Both the position numbers and the translations under genes were made by a program. Positions 1 to 9,482 of a DNA stretch of 64,000 nt are shown here, piece by piece. The first letter of the stretch is position 1; each line of letters begins with the position of its first letter. The stretch comes from Terracidiphilus sp. (GTDB lineage: Bacteria > Acidobacteriota > Terriglobia > Terriglobales > Acidobacteriaceae), in contig JBEKWT010000001.1 in assembly GCA_049512795.1 (NCBI GenBank), positions 892 to 64,891 on the forward strand, in the 5' to 3' direction. The notes under the pieces are model-generated. The model was not told the origin of the DNA, did no database searches, and saw nothing but the letters and a program-made list of their open reading frames with translations.

Positions 1-99
1 GGGGAACGGAGTAGCAATAGCGGAGGTGGAATCAGCCGTGGGCCGAGCGGCGTGTGACCTACCGCTCGGCGAGCCACGGCATCTGGGGAAGGAACACGG

Positions 100-474
100 C
101 TAGCGAATGTGCCAGAGATTCCAAGTGGCGAAGATGCAGAGAGCGACTGCGCCTTCGATGATGAGCGCGAAGACGATGCCTACGACAACATGCCTGAGAT
201 TCACGATTGCTTCGGCGGCCCATTCGTCTTTGGGTTCGTCGGGGACGGCGACCGGCTCGGATGGGGCGTCATAGCTGGGCAAAGAGCGGGAGGACATGGG
301 GAGCGCGGTCGTCGGCACTGAAGGCGAGGCGGTTGGGAGCTTCCAGTCAACGAGCGGTGCGGTTGCCACTTGATACCCTCCAGCGGCGTGCATCGGCGGG
401 GCGCCGGGAAACCAATCATCCGATCGGCTCGAAAGAAGGATTTCCGTCCCACAGTGCAGCAATTGTTCTGCCAT
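100..474 (-). CDS. Hypothetical protein with C-terminal transmembrane helix
   Basis: 124-aa ORF with a Pro/Ser-rich middle and a hydrophobic C-terminus (VVVGIVFALIIEGAVALCIFATW). Confidence 0.5.
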   Translation of the reverse strand: MAEQLLHCGTEILLSSRSDDWFPGAPPMHAAGGYQVATAPLVDWKLPTASPSVPTTALPMSSRSLPSYDAPSEPVAVPDEPKDEWAAEAIVNLRHVVVGIVFALIIEGAVALCIFATWNLWHIR

Positions 475-686
475 GGAAGCAACCGGTGGCGGGAATTCCG
501 TAGCGCGCTGAAGTGAAGGGGGTTAGGGTGTTAGAAAAGGCCCGGTCAGTGGAAAACCGGACGCGAATATGCGTGTAATTCCTGACTGGAAATGTAAAGA
601 ATTCACGAATTTTTGTTTAATTGGCGTCCGGCAAGGCAGGAAAAACGGGTGTGGGGGGCGGGCGCGGAGGGCTCGCGGACGCCCAG

Positions 687-937
687 CTACTCCTCGATGC
701 GATAGGTGTATTCCTCAATGACGGGGTTGGTGAGAACTTCGCGAGCGATGCGCTCGACCTCGGCGCGGCGCGTGCGGCGTCGGAGTGGAGGCCGTCGGCA
801 AGCGAAAGCGCGAAGTATTTGCCCTGACGCACGGCGGTGACATCGGCAAAACCGATCTTGCGAAGAGCGTTGTGGATGGTCTGGCCCTGCGGATCGAGGA
901 CCGATGTCTTCAGCGTGACGTAGACATGCGCCTTCAT
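687..937 (-). pseudogene. purS: Phosphoribosylformylglycinamidine synthase subunit PurS, frameshifted
   Basis: N-terminus MKAHVYVTLKTSVLDPQGQTI...VRQGKYF. The PurS C-terminus EVERIAREVLTNPVIEEY..IEE* (stop 687-689) lies in another frame after a GGCGC-GGCGC duplication at 762-771. Confidence 0.85.
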
Positions 938-1064
938 GATCCCTGATTATAGATGCAGTGGACAGTGATCAGTGGTCAGACACGACGGTGGCGAACCGCA
1001 GCATTTGAGTTGAGCTGAAAAAGAGATTGGGCTTGCGCAATTCCCCAAGGAGAGATAAAACGCA

Positions 1065-1625
1065 ATGGTTAATTATCTGGAACTGCCCGTGGGCGACCGG
1101 GCGCCGGAGGTCTTTCGGGTGGTGATCGAGATTCCCCTGGACGGAACGCAGAAGTTCGAATACGACAAGCAACTGCACGTGTTCAAGCTGGACCGGAACC
1201 TGCACTCGCCGGTGCACTATCCGGGCGACTACGGATTTATTCCGTCGACGTTGAGCGACGACGGTGATCCGCTGGACGTGCTGGTTCTTGTGCCGGGCCC
1301 GAGTTTTCCGGGATGCGTGCAGGAGGTGCGGCCGATCGGCGTGCTGGAGATGCTGGATCAGGGCGTTCTGGACGAGAAGGTGCTGGCGGTGGGGAAGAAC
1401 AATCCGCGATTCGCGAACATCTGGAATTACACGGATATCTATCCGCACATGCTGAAGGAAATTACGCACTTCTTCTCGATTTACAAAGATCTGGAGGGGA
1501 AGCGCGTGGAGATGAAGGGATGGCGCGATGCGTCTTACGCGCGGGACCGCGTGTTGCACACGATCAAACAGTTCGCGGAGAGCAAGGCGAAGCACAACGA
1601 GGGGAAGAAGAAGGCGGCGGTGTAG
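1065..1625 (+). CDS. ppa: Inorganic pyrophosphatase (family I)
   Basis: Motifs KFEYDK, YPGDYGFIPSTL, DGDPLDV, DEKVL, FFSIYKDLE. Confidence 0.95.
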   Translation: MVNYLELPVGDRAPEVFRVVIEIPLDGTQKFEYDKQLHVFKLDRNLHSPVHYPGDYGFIPSTLSDDGDPLDVLVLVPGPSFPGCVQEVRPIGVLEMLDQGVLDEKVLAVGKNNPRFANIWNYTDIYPHMLKEITHFFSIYKDLEGKRVEMKGWRDASYARDRVLHTIKQFAESKAKHNEGKKKAAV

Positions 1626-1632
1626 AAAGACA

Positions 1633-1743
1633 GGGACCGAGGGAACAAGGGAACAGGGGACCAAGGGGCCAAGGGAACAAGGGACCGAGAAGAACAGGGA
1701 ACAGCTACTGGCAGTCAGCTATTAGCTCTTAGCTTTTGGCGGT
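1633..1743. repeat. Compound short tandem repeat: nine degenerate 8-mers (GGGAMCAA-like) followed by six degenerate 7-mers (YAGCTNT/TGGCRGT)
   Basis: gggaccga gggaacaa gggaacag gggaccaa ggggccaa gggaacaa gggaccga gaagaaca gggaacag (1633-1704), then cagctac tggcagt cagctat tagctct tagcttt tggcggt (1702-1743). Confidence 0.85.
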
Positions 1744-1806
1744 TCGTGATCAGCGGGAGTCGCTGGCCGAGTGAGCCCGCCTCGTCCGAAGTTTGAAATC
1801 GGGGCG

Positions 1807-3198
1807 CTACCTCGCCGCGGGCGGGGCGGCGAGAGCGCGGCGGCGTGCAAGCGGAAGCGCGGTGAACCAGTAGAGCGGCGGTCCGAGCAGGGCAACTCCA
1901 CAAGCAAAAAGAAGAGATGAGACGCTAGCGAAGGCGGTGCCCGGATCGCCGAGCTTCTCGCTGCGCGAGGCGTAGAGCGCGTAGGCGATGAGGAGAGTGG
2001 GGCCGACGGCGAGCAGGCAGGCGAAGACGAAGTTGCCGGCGCGGAAAGGGCGAGGAAGTTGCGGCTCGCGAATACGCAAGGCGATGAGGGCGAGGAATTC
2101 GAGGATGAGGCTGGTGCCATAGAGAATGAGGTCGATGGAGATGAGCTTCTCAAAGGGCAGACTAAGAGCGAGCGCCCAGCCGAGGCCGCAAAAGAGCACG
2201 CTGATCCAGGGAACACCGCGGCGATTGCGGCGCTCAAGGATGCGTGGCAACATGCCATCGGCGGCCATGGCGATGGGCAGGCGGGTGTAGCTCATCATGA
2301 GCGCGTTGAACATACCGAGGCCGCAGATGACTCCGCCGGCGACAACGGCCATGGACAGGAGAGAGCCGCCGAGTGCGCCGCCGGCAATGACCCACGAACC
2401 GGTAGTGAAGCCATCGGGCGAGAGACCGCCCACGGCCATTGCAGCAAGAGGCAGAACGTACGTGACGACGGTGACGATGATGGCGCCGACGATGGCGCGC
2501 GGGTAATTGCGCTGTGGATCATGGACGTCGCGCGCGATGGTGGAGGCGTTGTCCCACCCCATGTAGTTCCACAAACCGACGAGGATTGCGGTGGAGAGTC
2601 CGGCATCGACGTCAGGTGAAGGGGCGGGACGGCCCCAGTGCATGGCGGGATGAAGGGTGAGGCCACGCCAGAAGCCAAGAACGATAAAGACGGCGAATGG
2701 CGCGAGGAGCAGCACCGACATCCAGACGGAGTCTGTACCCACGCTGGGCGCGCCGCGCAGATTCCATGCGCAGCAAAGGACGACGACAGCCAGCGACCAG
2801 ATGTAATCGCGCGGAGCGACGGTGAGCGCGGGACTGAATTTGCCCAGGTAGAGGACGAAGATGGAGGGGTAGAGCGCCATGTCGAAGATGCTGGCCGAGA
2901 GCGAGAGCCAGCCTTCCTGGTAGCCCCAAAACGAGCCGAGTCCGCGTCGCACCCAAACATAAAAGCCGCCTTCGTCAGGGATGGCGGCGGCGAGTTCACC
3001 GATCATAAGCGCGGTGGGCAGGCTCCAAATGAACGGCAGAACAAGCAGGATCACGATGGCCAAGCCAAAGCCCGCGCCACCGAGGATGTCCTCCATGCCG
3101 TAGGGGCCTCCCGACACCATAAAGAAGGTGGCGGCGATCAGGGGCAGAAGGAGCAGCTTTTTTGGCGAAGGGCTGAAGATGGCGCGCATACCAATCAA
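1807..3198 (-). CDS. APC-family amino acid/polyamine permease
   Basis: About 12 hydrophobic segments. Motifs FFMVSGGPYGME, ELAAAIPDEGGFYVWV, WNYMGWD, LRIREPQLPRPF. Confidence 0.9.
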   Translation of the reverse strand: MIGMRAIFSPSPKKLLLLPLIAATFFMVSGGPYGMEDILGGAGFGLAIVILLVLPFIWSLPTALMIGELAAAIPDEGGFYVWVRRGLGSFWGYQEGWLSLSASIFDMALYPSIFVLYLGKFSPALTVAPRDYIWSLAVVVLCCAWNLRGAPSVGTDSVWMSVLLLAPFAVFIVLGFWRGLTLHPAMHWGRPAPSPDVDAGLSTAILVGLWNYMGWDNASTIARDVHDPQRNYPRAIVGAIIVTVVTYVLPLAAMAVGGLSPDGFTTGSWVIAGGALGGSLLSMAVVAGGVICGLGMFNALMMSYTRLPIAMAADGMLPRILERRNRRGVPWISVLFCGLGWALALSLPFEKLISIDLILYGTSLILEFLALIALRIREPQLPRPFRAGNFVFACLLAVGPTLLIAYALYASRSEKLGDPGTAFASVSSLLFACGVALLGPPLYWFTALPLARRRALAAPPAAR

Positions 3199-3258
3199 TG
3201 TAATTGCGTTGGCAGGAAAGAGGAAGCACGGGAAAGGCGAGATGAACGCAAGTTCCGG

Positions 3259-3264
3259 TATAAT
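3259..3264 (+). promoter_or_regulatory. Probable -10 element of the tRNA promoter
   Basis: Perfect TATAAT ending 12 nt upstream of the tRNA; no clear -35 seen. Confidence 0.5.
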
Positions 3265-3276
3265 CCACAGAGAGCC

Positions 3277-3369
<93 letters not shown>

Positions 3370-3811
3370 TATACCCTTCCAGCCATGTCCAGACGCTTCC
3401 AGCCAAGGCCAAACAAATAGGATAAAGCGAATAAAATAAGCGGCTTACGTTCCAGCCGATTGGGTGGGCCGCTTGCCTGCGCCACAGAAATGATGGTGGG
3501 CGCCCGCACACAATTGTGCTTTGACGGGCAAAGTGAAAGCCCCGCAACCATAGAATCATCGCCTTGTTGCTCCGCTGCGCCGGATAAATGAAAGTGCGAG
3601 ACCGCATTTATTGAAAGTCTTGCCTCCGATTTATGGTTTCGATGAACTTCGGATGCTTTAGCCCCAAGACTGCGAGTTGCTGCCGAAGTGCCAGGTTTTC
3701 GATGAGGAGACCTCGGCGTGAGCGAAGGAAATGAAAGGAGGAAGTAATTAGGAGGTCTAAAAGGCGAAGCATGACGCCAGTTTTACATCTGATAAAGCCA
3801 AATTGGAACTC

Positions 3812-4357
3812 TCATTTTGTGTGTGATTCGAGGGCAGATCGATATTTCGGCGAGGCACAGGAAGCAGCCATCGCTCGCCGTAAGCGCCGTTCCGCCTTGG
3901 TGTCCCAATAGCCGCAGTCGAGTTCGAAAAAGATCGAGGTATAGGGAATCATGTGGCTGGTCTTGATGATATGAACGCAGAAAAGCTGTGCCGTCTGGTC
4001 GAGCTTGGCAATGATCTGCTCATGAGGCAGCGTGATTGTCTCCGCTCCCTTGAGCAGCTTTGCGAGTTGAGTGCGATAGCCCGATACGCCCGGAGCATCG
4101 GCCTCCGCGACGAATTGCAATTCCTGGTCGAGATAAATGTTGGCACGAACGTGTTTGCTGGCCGCAATAGCGGTAAGCACGCCGCGAGCGACTTCGATCT
4201 GGCTGGCGTCAGCGAGAATCGTCTCGATGCCGACCCCAGACTGTGCCGGATACGCCGCGTCCGCAACCACGATCCAGTTGCGATGGCCGAAGACCGGCAA
4301 CGTCGCTTGCAGTTGACGCTCCCAACCCGAATTCGTTCGTCGCGGAGCAATGCTCAT
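3812..4357 (-). CDS. RbsD/FucU-fold protein (putative sugar mutarotase/pyranase)
   Basis: FGHRNWIVVADAAYP resembles the RbsD/FucU GH..xxvvaDagfP motif; C-terminal IKT..IPYTSI. Confidence 0.7.
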   Translation of the reverse strand: MSIAPRRTNSGWERQLQATLPVFGHRNWIVVADAAYPAQSGVGIETILADASQIEVARGVLTAIAASKHVRANIYLDQELQFVAEADAPGVSGYRTQLAKLLKGAETITLPHEQIIAKLDQTAQLFCVHIIKTSHMIPYTSIFFELDCGYWDTKAERRLRRAMAASCASPKYRSALESHTK

Positions 4358-4379
4358 GGATTCAATTCTCGATCCCCGT

Positions 4380-5444
4380 TCATTTCAATTCTTCGTCCGC
4401 GCAAACGGCCACTTTGCCGCATTTCCCTGAAGCCATGAGCGCATAAGCCTCGCCGGCGCGCTCCAGCGAAAATCGGTGCGTGATGATGTCGGCGGGATGC
4501 AGATTCCAGCGTACCAGACGTTCGACCAGCTCCTCCATGAGCCAGGTGGACGTGACCCAGGAGCCGTAGAGTGTTTTCTGGTCGTGAATCAGGTCGGGTG
4601 AGGGATTGAATTCGACGCGCCCGCCTTCGCCGAGAAAAACAATCCTGCCCCACTTGCGCGCGGCGCGAATCGCCGTGGCTCGCGCGGCGTCGTTCGCCGA
4701 GCAGTCGACGGCACGTTCGACGCCCATGCCTCCAGTGAGCCGCCTCACTTCGGCTACGTTATCGGGTCCTGAGGCGAAAACCGCATCGCAGAGATCGAGC
4801 TCGAGCGCAATCTCCATGCGCTCGGGTACCACGTCGATGCCGATGATTTTCTGCGCGCCCAGCTTGCGGCAAAGCGCGGCCGTCGCCAAGCCCACTGGTC
4901 CTAGCCCGGTAATGAGCACAGCGTGATTGCCGTTGATGCCGATCTTTTCCAGTCCTTCGTAGACGGTGCCGAATCCGCACGCAACCTGCGCGCCATCGCC
5001 GTAAGAGAGCTCATCGGGCAGTGCGATGAGGTCTTTCTCCTCGGCTACCATGTATTCCGCCATCCCTCCGTCGCGCTGCCATCCGTAGGCTCGGCGATAT
5101 TTTTCGCTGGTGCAGGAGATCATGTAGCCGCGCCGGCAGTCGTTGCAGACGCCGCATCCTGAGATGTGATAGACAATCACGCGGTCGTCGGCTTTGAAGC
5201 GGCGGCAGCCCGGGCCTGTCGCGACGATCTGGCCCGCAGGCTCGTGCCCGGCAATCACGCCCTGGTAGCCTTCAGGCCCTTTGCCCAGGTGCTCGTGAAA
5301 GATGGCGCGAATGTCGGAGCCGCAGATGGTCGACGCCTTCACGCGCAGCAGAACTTCTCCGTGGCCTGGCTCCGGCAAAGGCACCGTGCGCATTTCAACG
5401 GTTGAGTCGCCCGGCAAGAACGCTGCACGCATCATGGCGTTCAT
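4380..5444 (-). CDS. Zn-dependent medium-chain (polyol) dehydrogenase, YphC-like
   Basis: ICGSD, GHEPAG, structural Zn CGVCNDCRRG..ISC, AYGWQRDGG, GLGPVG, YALMASGKCGKV recall E. coli YphC. Start placed at MNAMMR. Confidence 0.9.
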   Translation of the reverse strand: MNAMMRAAFLPGDSTVEMRTVPLPEPGHGEVLLRVKASTICGSDIRAIFHEHLGKGPEGYQGVIAGHEPAGQIVATGPGCRRFKADDRVIVYHISGCGVCNDCRRGYMISCTSEKYRRAYGWQRDGGMAEYMVAEEKDLIALPDELSYGDGAQVACGFGTVYEGLEKIGINGNHAVLITGLGPVGLATAALCRKLGAQKIIGIDVVPERMEIALELDLCDAVFASGPDNVAEVRRLTGGMGVERAVDCSANDAARATAIRAARKWGRIVFLGEGGRVEFNPSPDLIHDQKTLYGSWVTSTWLMEELVERLVRWNLHPADIITHRFSLERAGEAYALMASGKCGKVAVCADEELK

Positions 5445-5488
5445 TTCTTTCATTCTCCAGCTATGCACGTTGGGCTGATAGCTCGCTC

Positions 5489-6526
5489 TTACGGCGGTGT
5501 GATCTCCCCGTTTACGTCCCAAAGATCTTCCCAGGTCTGGCCCTCTTTCCACAGGAAGACCTGGCCTTTGATCAAGCGGCAGCTGCGATCGATAGCGGCG
5601 ATGGAGCGCATCTCCTCGTCGGTGAGCGGGTCTCCAACAACACCTTCGAGATTGGCGCGATAATGGTGAACGGAAAATGGAATCGGCGTTTGCCCGCGCT
5701 GCACCGCCCACTTAATGCATACCACTGCAGGGCGAATCCCGTGGCTCTCAGCGATGCGCACGATCACTGGATCCTCGGTGGGCGCGGTATCCTCGGGGGT
5801 GCGGTCGCGCGCCGGCCGTCCCGGTGAGCCAATGGGGCAGTAACCGACGGGCTTGATGCCGTTTTCAACCACGAATTTGAACAACTTCGGCTGCTGAAAA
5901 TGCGGGTGCAGCTCCATTTCATTCACCGCGGGTTTGATGCGGGCGTCGCGCAGAACAAGCTTCAGTTTTGGGATGGTCATATTTGAGGTGCCGATATGCC
6001 GCACGAGGCCCATGTCCACCAATTCTTCCATCTTGCGCCAGGTCTTCATATAGTTTTCGTGGATGTAGGGCTTGGCGTCGGGAGAGCGCGATGTAACGTC
6101 GCAGCCTGGCGGATGAAAATTCGGGAACGGCCAATGCACCAGGTAAAGATCAAGATAGTCGAGGCGCAGATCGGAAAGCGACTGGCGGCAGGAGGCGATC
6201 ACGTCGTCCCCGTCGTGCTTGTCGTTCCACAGCTTCGAAGTGATCCAAAGGTCTTCGCGCTTGATTCCGCCGCGGAGAATCTCCTCAAACGCGGCGCCGA
6301 TCTCGGCCTCGTTGCCGTAAATCGAAGCGCAATCGAAGTGCCGGTAACCGACTGTGGCAGCGCCAATCACCACCTCGGCGATCTCGGCCGCAGAAATGTG
6401 GTCTGATCCAAAGGTACCAAGGCCGATCGCCGGCATTGTAGCCCCATCAAAAAGAGTTCTCTGAGGCACCAGAGTTGGATCAACAGAATCTCGTGCCGAA
6501 ATCCCAAGACCGTCTTGCTCTTTCAT
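5489..6526 (-). CDS. Aldo/keto reductase (aldose reductase-like)
   Basis: MPAIGLGTF, GYRHFDCASIYGNE, ITSKLWN, YLDLYLVHWP, IGTSN, NEMELHP. Confidence 0.92.
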   Translation of the reverse strand: MKEQDGLGISARDSVDPTLVPQRTLFDGATMPAIGLGTFGSDHISAAEIAEVVIGAATVGYRHFDCASIYGNEAEIGAAFEEILRGGIKREDLWITSKLWNDKHDGDDVIASCRQSLSDLRLDYLDLYLVHWPFPNFHPPGCDVTSRSPDAKPYIHENYMKTWRKMEELVDMGLVRHIGTSNMTIPKLKLVLRDARIKPAVNEMELHPHFQQPKLFKFVVENGIKPVGYCPIGSPGRPARDRTPEDTAPTEDPVIVRIAESHGIRPAVVCIKWAVQRGQTPIPFSVHHYRANLEGVVGDPLTDEEMRSIAAIDRSCRLIKGQVFLWKEGQTWEDLWDVNGEITPP

Positions 6527-6647
6527 TCCTCATTCCTCTTGGCCACCATTCCTGCGGTTCCGGCAACGGCAGGCAATGTGAGCGGTTTCAACCGGACTCT
6601 GGGCCTGTACTCGAATTGCGATAAATATGTTGCGCAAGCGAGAGTAT

Positions 6648-6663
6648 ACGATAAAGGTATCGT
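6648..6663. promoter_or_regulatory. Palindromic operator (probable LacI-family site)
   Basis: ACGATAAAGGTATCGT; its reverse strand matches the 7418 site at 13/14 positions. Confidence 0.6.
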
Positions 6664-6910
6664 TATTGTAAATGCATATACTCAAAAACTGGCCTCTAAT
6701 CCGAGGTTGGCTGAGTGCGAACGGCACACTGGCAATGAGGGGCCAGATCGTCGAGAGCGATAGCCGGCAAAAGATTGCGGTTTTCTCGAGCCATCGAAAC
6801 GTCACGCCGATGAGCCCAGCGCCATTCGCAGGGTCAAAAGAGCGAACCGGAGCGGATTTTCGCCGGTAAGGTGCAGGCATTATCCGCAATATGAAACCGC
6901 CGAAGGATGC

Positions 6911-7300
6911 CTAGCCGGACTCCAACACAAGGTTTGCATATTGAATCGTGTCACCGGTCCGAATAATTCCGATGGCACGCGGTACTCGCTTTTTGAGTTC
7001 TATGTGAGGTTCGAATTCCAGAGCAACGCCATCCATAGCGCGCTTGAATTGCAGGATCGTCTCAGGGCTGTTTACCTTGTTGAACTCCTCAGCCATGAAG
7101 GCTCGGGCCACGCTGAAATTGCACCGAATGGCCGCCAAGACATCGAGAACTCGAGGCAGGTCATCGACCAATGAAATATCGACCGTCTCCACTTCCTTCC
7201 ATAAAGGAAACCCGCGGTCTGCAATGACCAGGGTATTGGTATGCCGGACCAGGCTAAGCAAAGAGTTGATTTTGGGGTTTAAGATGCCGGATCTCAGCAT
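6911..7300 (-). CDS. RbsD/FucU family sugar pyranase/mutarotase
   Basis: MLRSGILNPKIN...HTNTLVIADRGFP...IIRTGDTIQYANLVLESG. Confidence 0.88.
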   Translation of the reverse strand: MLRSGILNPKINSLLSLVRHTNTLVIADRGFPLWKEVETVDISLVDDLPRVLDVLAAIRCNFSVARAFMAEEFNKVNSPETILQFKRAMDGVALEFEPHIELKKRVPRAIGIIRTGDTIQYANLVLESG

Positions 7301-7417
7301 GCAGCGCAATCTCCTGAAATCACTTCAATTGAATTCTAATTGTCGAATCTGGCTTGGGTCGGCCATTTCCCTTATTAAACGGTCGCTCAACACACGATGT
7401 TGGCCGCGCAAAGAAAG

Positions 7418-7461
7418 CGATAACTTTATCGTTGACACTGGAAGGTGCGGGTCGCTATGAT
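7418..7461 (+). promoter_or_regulatory. Sigma70 promoter of the GH29 gene with an abutting operator
   Basis: Inverted repeat CGATAACTTTATCG (7418-7431), then TTGACA (7432-7437), an 18-nt spacer and TATGAT (7456-7461). Confidence 0.7.
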
Positions 7462-7530
7462 GTGCAGTCGCTGGTGGTCGCGAAGCAGGCCGGGTACGCC
7501 ATCGTTTCATTTGTATGAGAGGAGCTAAAC

Positions 7531-9339
7531 GTGCAGCGGAGGGATTTTTGCAAATTTCTAGCGATCGCAACCGCATCGAAGGCCATGCCGGCCTTTGGGC
7601 AAGCGGCGCAGGACAGCCTACCGGCATCACCGAGCAGATTCAATCAGTACATCCAGAGCTATGCCGCATTCTGCGCATTGCCGCCCGAGATGAGAGTCTT
7701 CTATGCGGCGAGCAACGGCAGAATCGTCGAGGAACAACTGGATCAAGCGACATGGCGCCCTCCCGCGTGGGACTTCAATCCAGCACCTTTGCAAATAGCC
7801 GGTGGAATGTGGGACAACGTGCCCCTGGAATCACCGATCCAAGATCTCGCGGGAGACGGTCCGTTCAAACCTACGTGGGAATCGCTGCTCAATTACGACG
7901 CGCCGGATTGGTACCAGGATGCAAAGTTCGGCATCTGGGCTCACTGGAGCCCGCAGTGCGTGCCCGAGGACGGTGATTGGTACGCGCGCAATATGTATGT
8001 CGAGGGGTCGGAGCAGAATAAATATCACCTGGAACATTATGGGCCGCCATCGCGGTTCGGGTACAAAGATCTCTGCGCCCAATGGACCCTGCTCAACTGG
8101 GATCCCGACGGACTGATTACGCGGTACAAGAATGCCGGTGCTAAACTTTTCATTTCGCTCGCGAATCATCATGACGGCTTTGACGCATGGAACTCGAAGC
8201 ACCAGCCGTGGAACGCTGTCGCATACGGTCCGCATCGCGATGTTGTTGGAATCTGGGCTGCCGCGGCACGGAAGCAAGGGCTGCGTTTCGGCGTTACTGT
8301 CCATCAGGCGCGCAACTGGTGGTGGTTCCAGCCGTCGCATGGAGCGGACGAGACCGGACCGCTTGCCGGTGTTCCATACGACGGCGACCTGTACACCGCG
8401 GAGGGCAGGGAGCAGTGGTGGGAAGGACTGAACCCGCAGCGCCTGTACAGCGTCAAGCACCCAGCTGATGCACTGCCCGATACTTCATACGTAAAAAATT
8501 TCTATGATCGGACCCGCGACCTCATCGATTTGCACAATCCTGACCTCCTTTACTTCGACGATTCGCTGCTCCCGCTGGGCTGGGGCGGAATGAACATCGG
8601 CGCGTACTTCTACAACCACAGCCTTAGAAATAACAGCGGCCGGATGGAGGCCGTCCTGAACATCAAGGACGTCCCCGATCGTCTCGTCAGGGCTGTTGTG
8701 GCTGATTATGAGCGCGGGCTTACCAGCGAGATCATGAAGTATCCCTGGCAGTCGGAGACTTGCATTGGCGAATGGCATTACAACCGCCGTCTCTTCGAAA
8801 AACCAGGCGAGTACGGCGGCTATCTGCAGCCACTCGATATCATCCACTGGCTGATTGACACCGTCAGCAAGAACGGAACTTTCATTCTCAATATTCCGGG
8901 CAAACCTGACGGCACGATCGATAGCAAGGAAATCGCGGTACTTGATGGCATCACAGCTTGGATGCAAGTGAACGGCGAGGCAATTTTCGAGACCCGGCCG
9001 TGGAAGATATACGGCGAAGGGCCTAACAGTGTGAAAGCCGGGCCATTCCAGGGCGCCAGCATCAGCAAACTCGGCTCCCAAGACATCCGATTCACTAGGA
9101 ACAAGGCGAATACGGTGATCTATGCCATTGCGCTTGGCTGGCCGTCAGAGCCTATCCTCGTGAAGGCGCTTGGATCATTGGCGCCGACAAATCCGGGCAA
9201 AATCGCGCGGGTGGAACTGATCGGGACATCCGAGCGTGTGAAATGGAGACAGTCGCCTGAGGGCCTGCACGCGGAAATGCCAAAGCAACTTCGCCCCGCC
9301 GTTGATTACGCAGCTGCGTTCAAGATAACGCTATCCTGA
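7531..9339 (+). CDS. GH29 alpha-L-fucosidase-family protein, Tat-exported
   Basis: Tat motif QRRDFCK; KFGIWAHWS, NHHDGF, LLYFD, VSKNGTFILNI, NGEAIFETRPW. Confidence 0.92.
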   Translation: MQRRDFCKFLAIATASKAMPAFGQAAQDSLPASPSRFNQYIQSYAAFCALPPEMRVFYAASNGRIVEEQLDQATWRPPAWDFNPAPLQIAGGMWDNVPLESPIQDLAGDGPFKPTWESLLNYDAPDWYQDAKFGIWAHWSPQCVPEDGDWYARNMYVEGSEQNKYHLEHYGPPSRFGYKDLCAQWTLLNWDPDGLITRYKNAGAKLFISLANHHDGFDAWNSKHQPWNAVAYGPHRDVVGIWAAAARKQGLRFGVTVHQARNWWWFQPSHGADETGPLAGVPYDGDLYTAEGREQWWEGLNPQRLYSVKHPADALPDTSYVKNFYDRTRDLIDLHNPDLLYFDDSLLPLGWGGMNIGAYFYNHSLRNNSGRMEAVLNIKDVPDRLVRAVVADYERGLTSEIMKYPWQSETCIGEWHYNRRLFEKPGEYGGYLQPLDIIHWLIDTVSKNGTFILNIPGKPDGTIDSKEIAVLDGITAWMQVNGEAIFETRPWKIYGEGPNSVKAGPFQGASISKLGSQDIRFTRNKANTVIYAIALGWPSEPILVKALGSLAPTNPGKIARVELIGTSERVKWRQSPEGLHAEMPKQLRPAVDYAAAFKITLS

Positions 9340-9482
9340 TTCAGCCCAGGGGGGACAGTCAATCGATTGCCTTGACCGCTTGGAAAGTTTGCGTTGAATG
9401 AGCCCCTCAACACGAACGTCCTACCTTCATCGCCGGCGCTGATGCGGCAGCTTTTGCCCATTGACCGGCCCGAGCCCGAGAT

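Noticed and set aside
1633-1743. Possible CRISPR array
   Set aside because: Units are 7-8 nt with no spacers, and there are no cas genes in the window.
4380-5711. Extended N-termini in the ORF track (also 17459, 24529, 26975, 37252)
   Set aside because: Extensions overlap neighbouring genes or promoters; family motifs and RBSs indicate downstream starts.
6530-6905. Short ORFs or a possible ncRNA in the AKR-RbsD gap
   Set aside because: No recognisable protein or RNA motif; best explained as a promoter/operator region.
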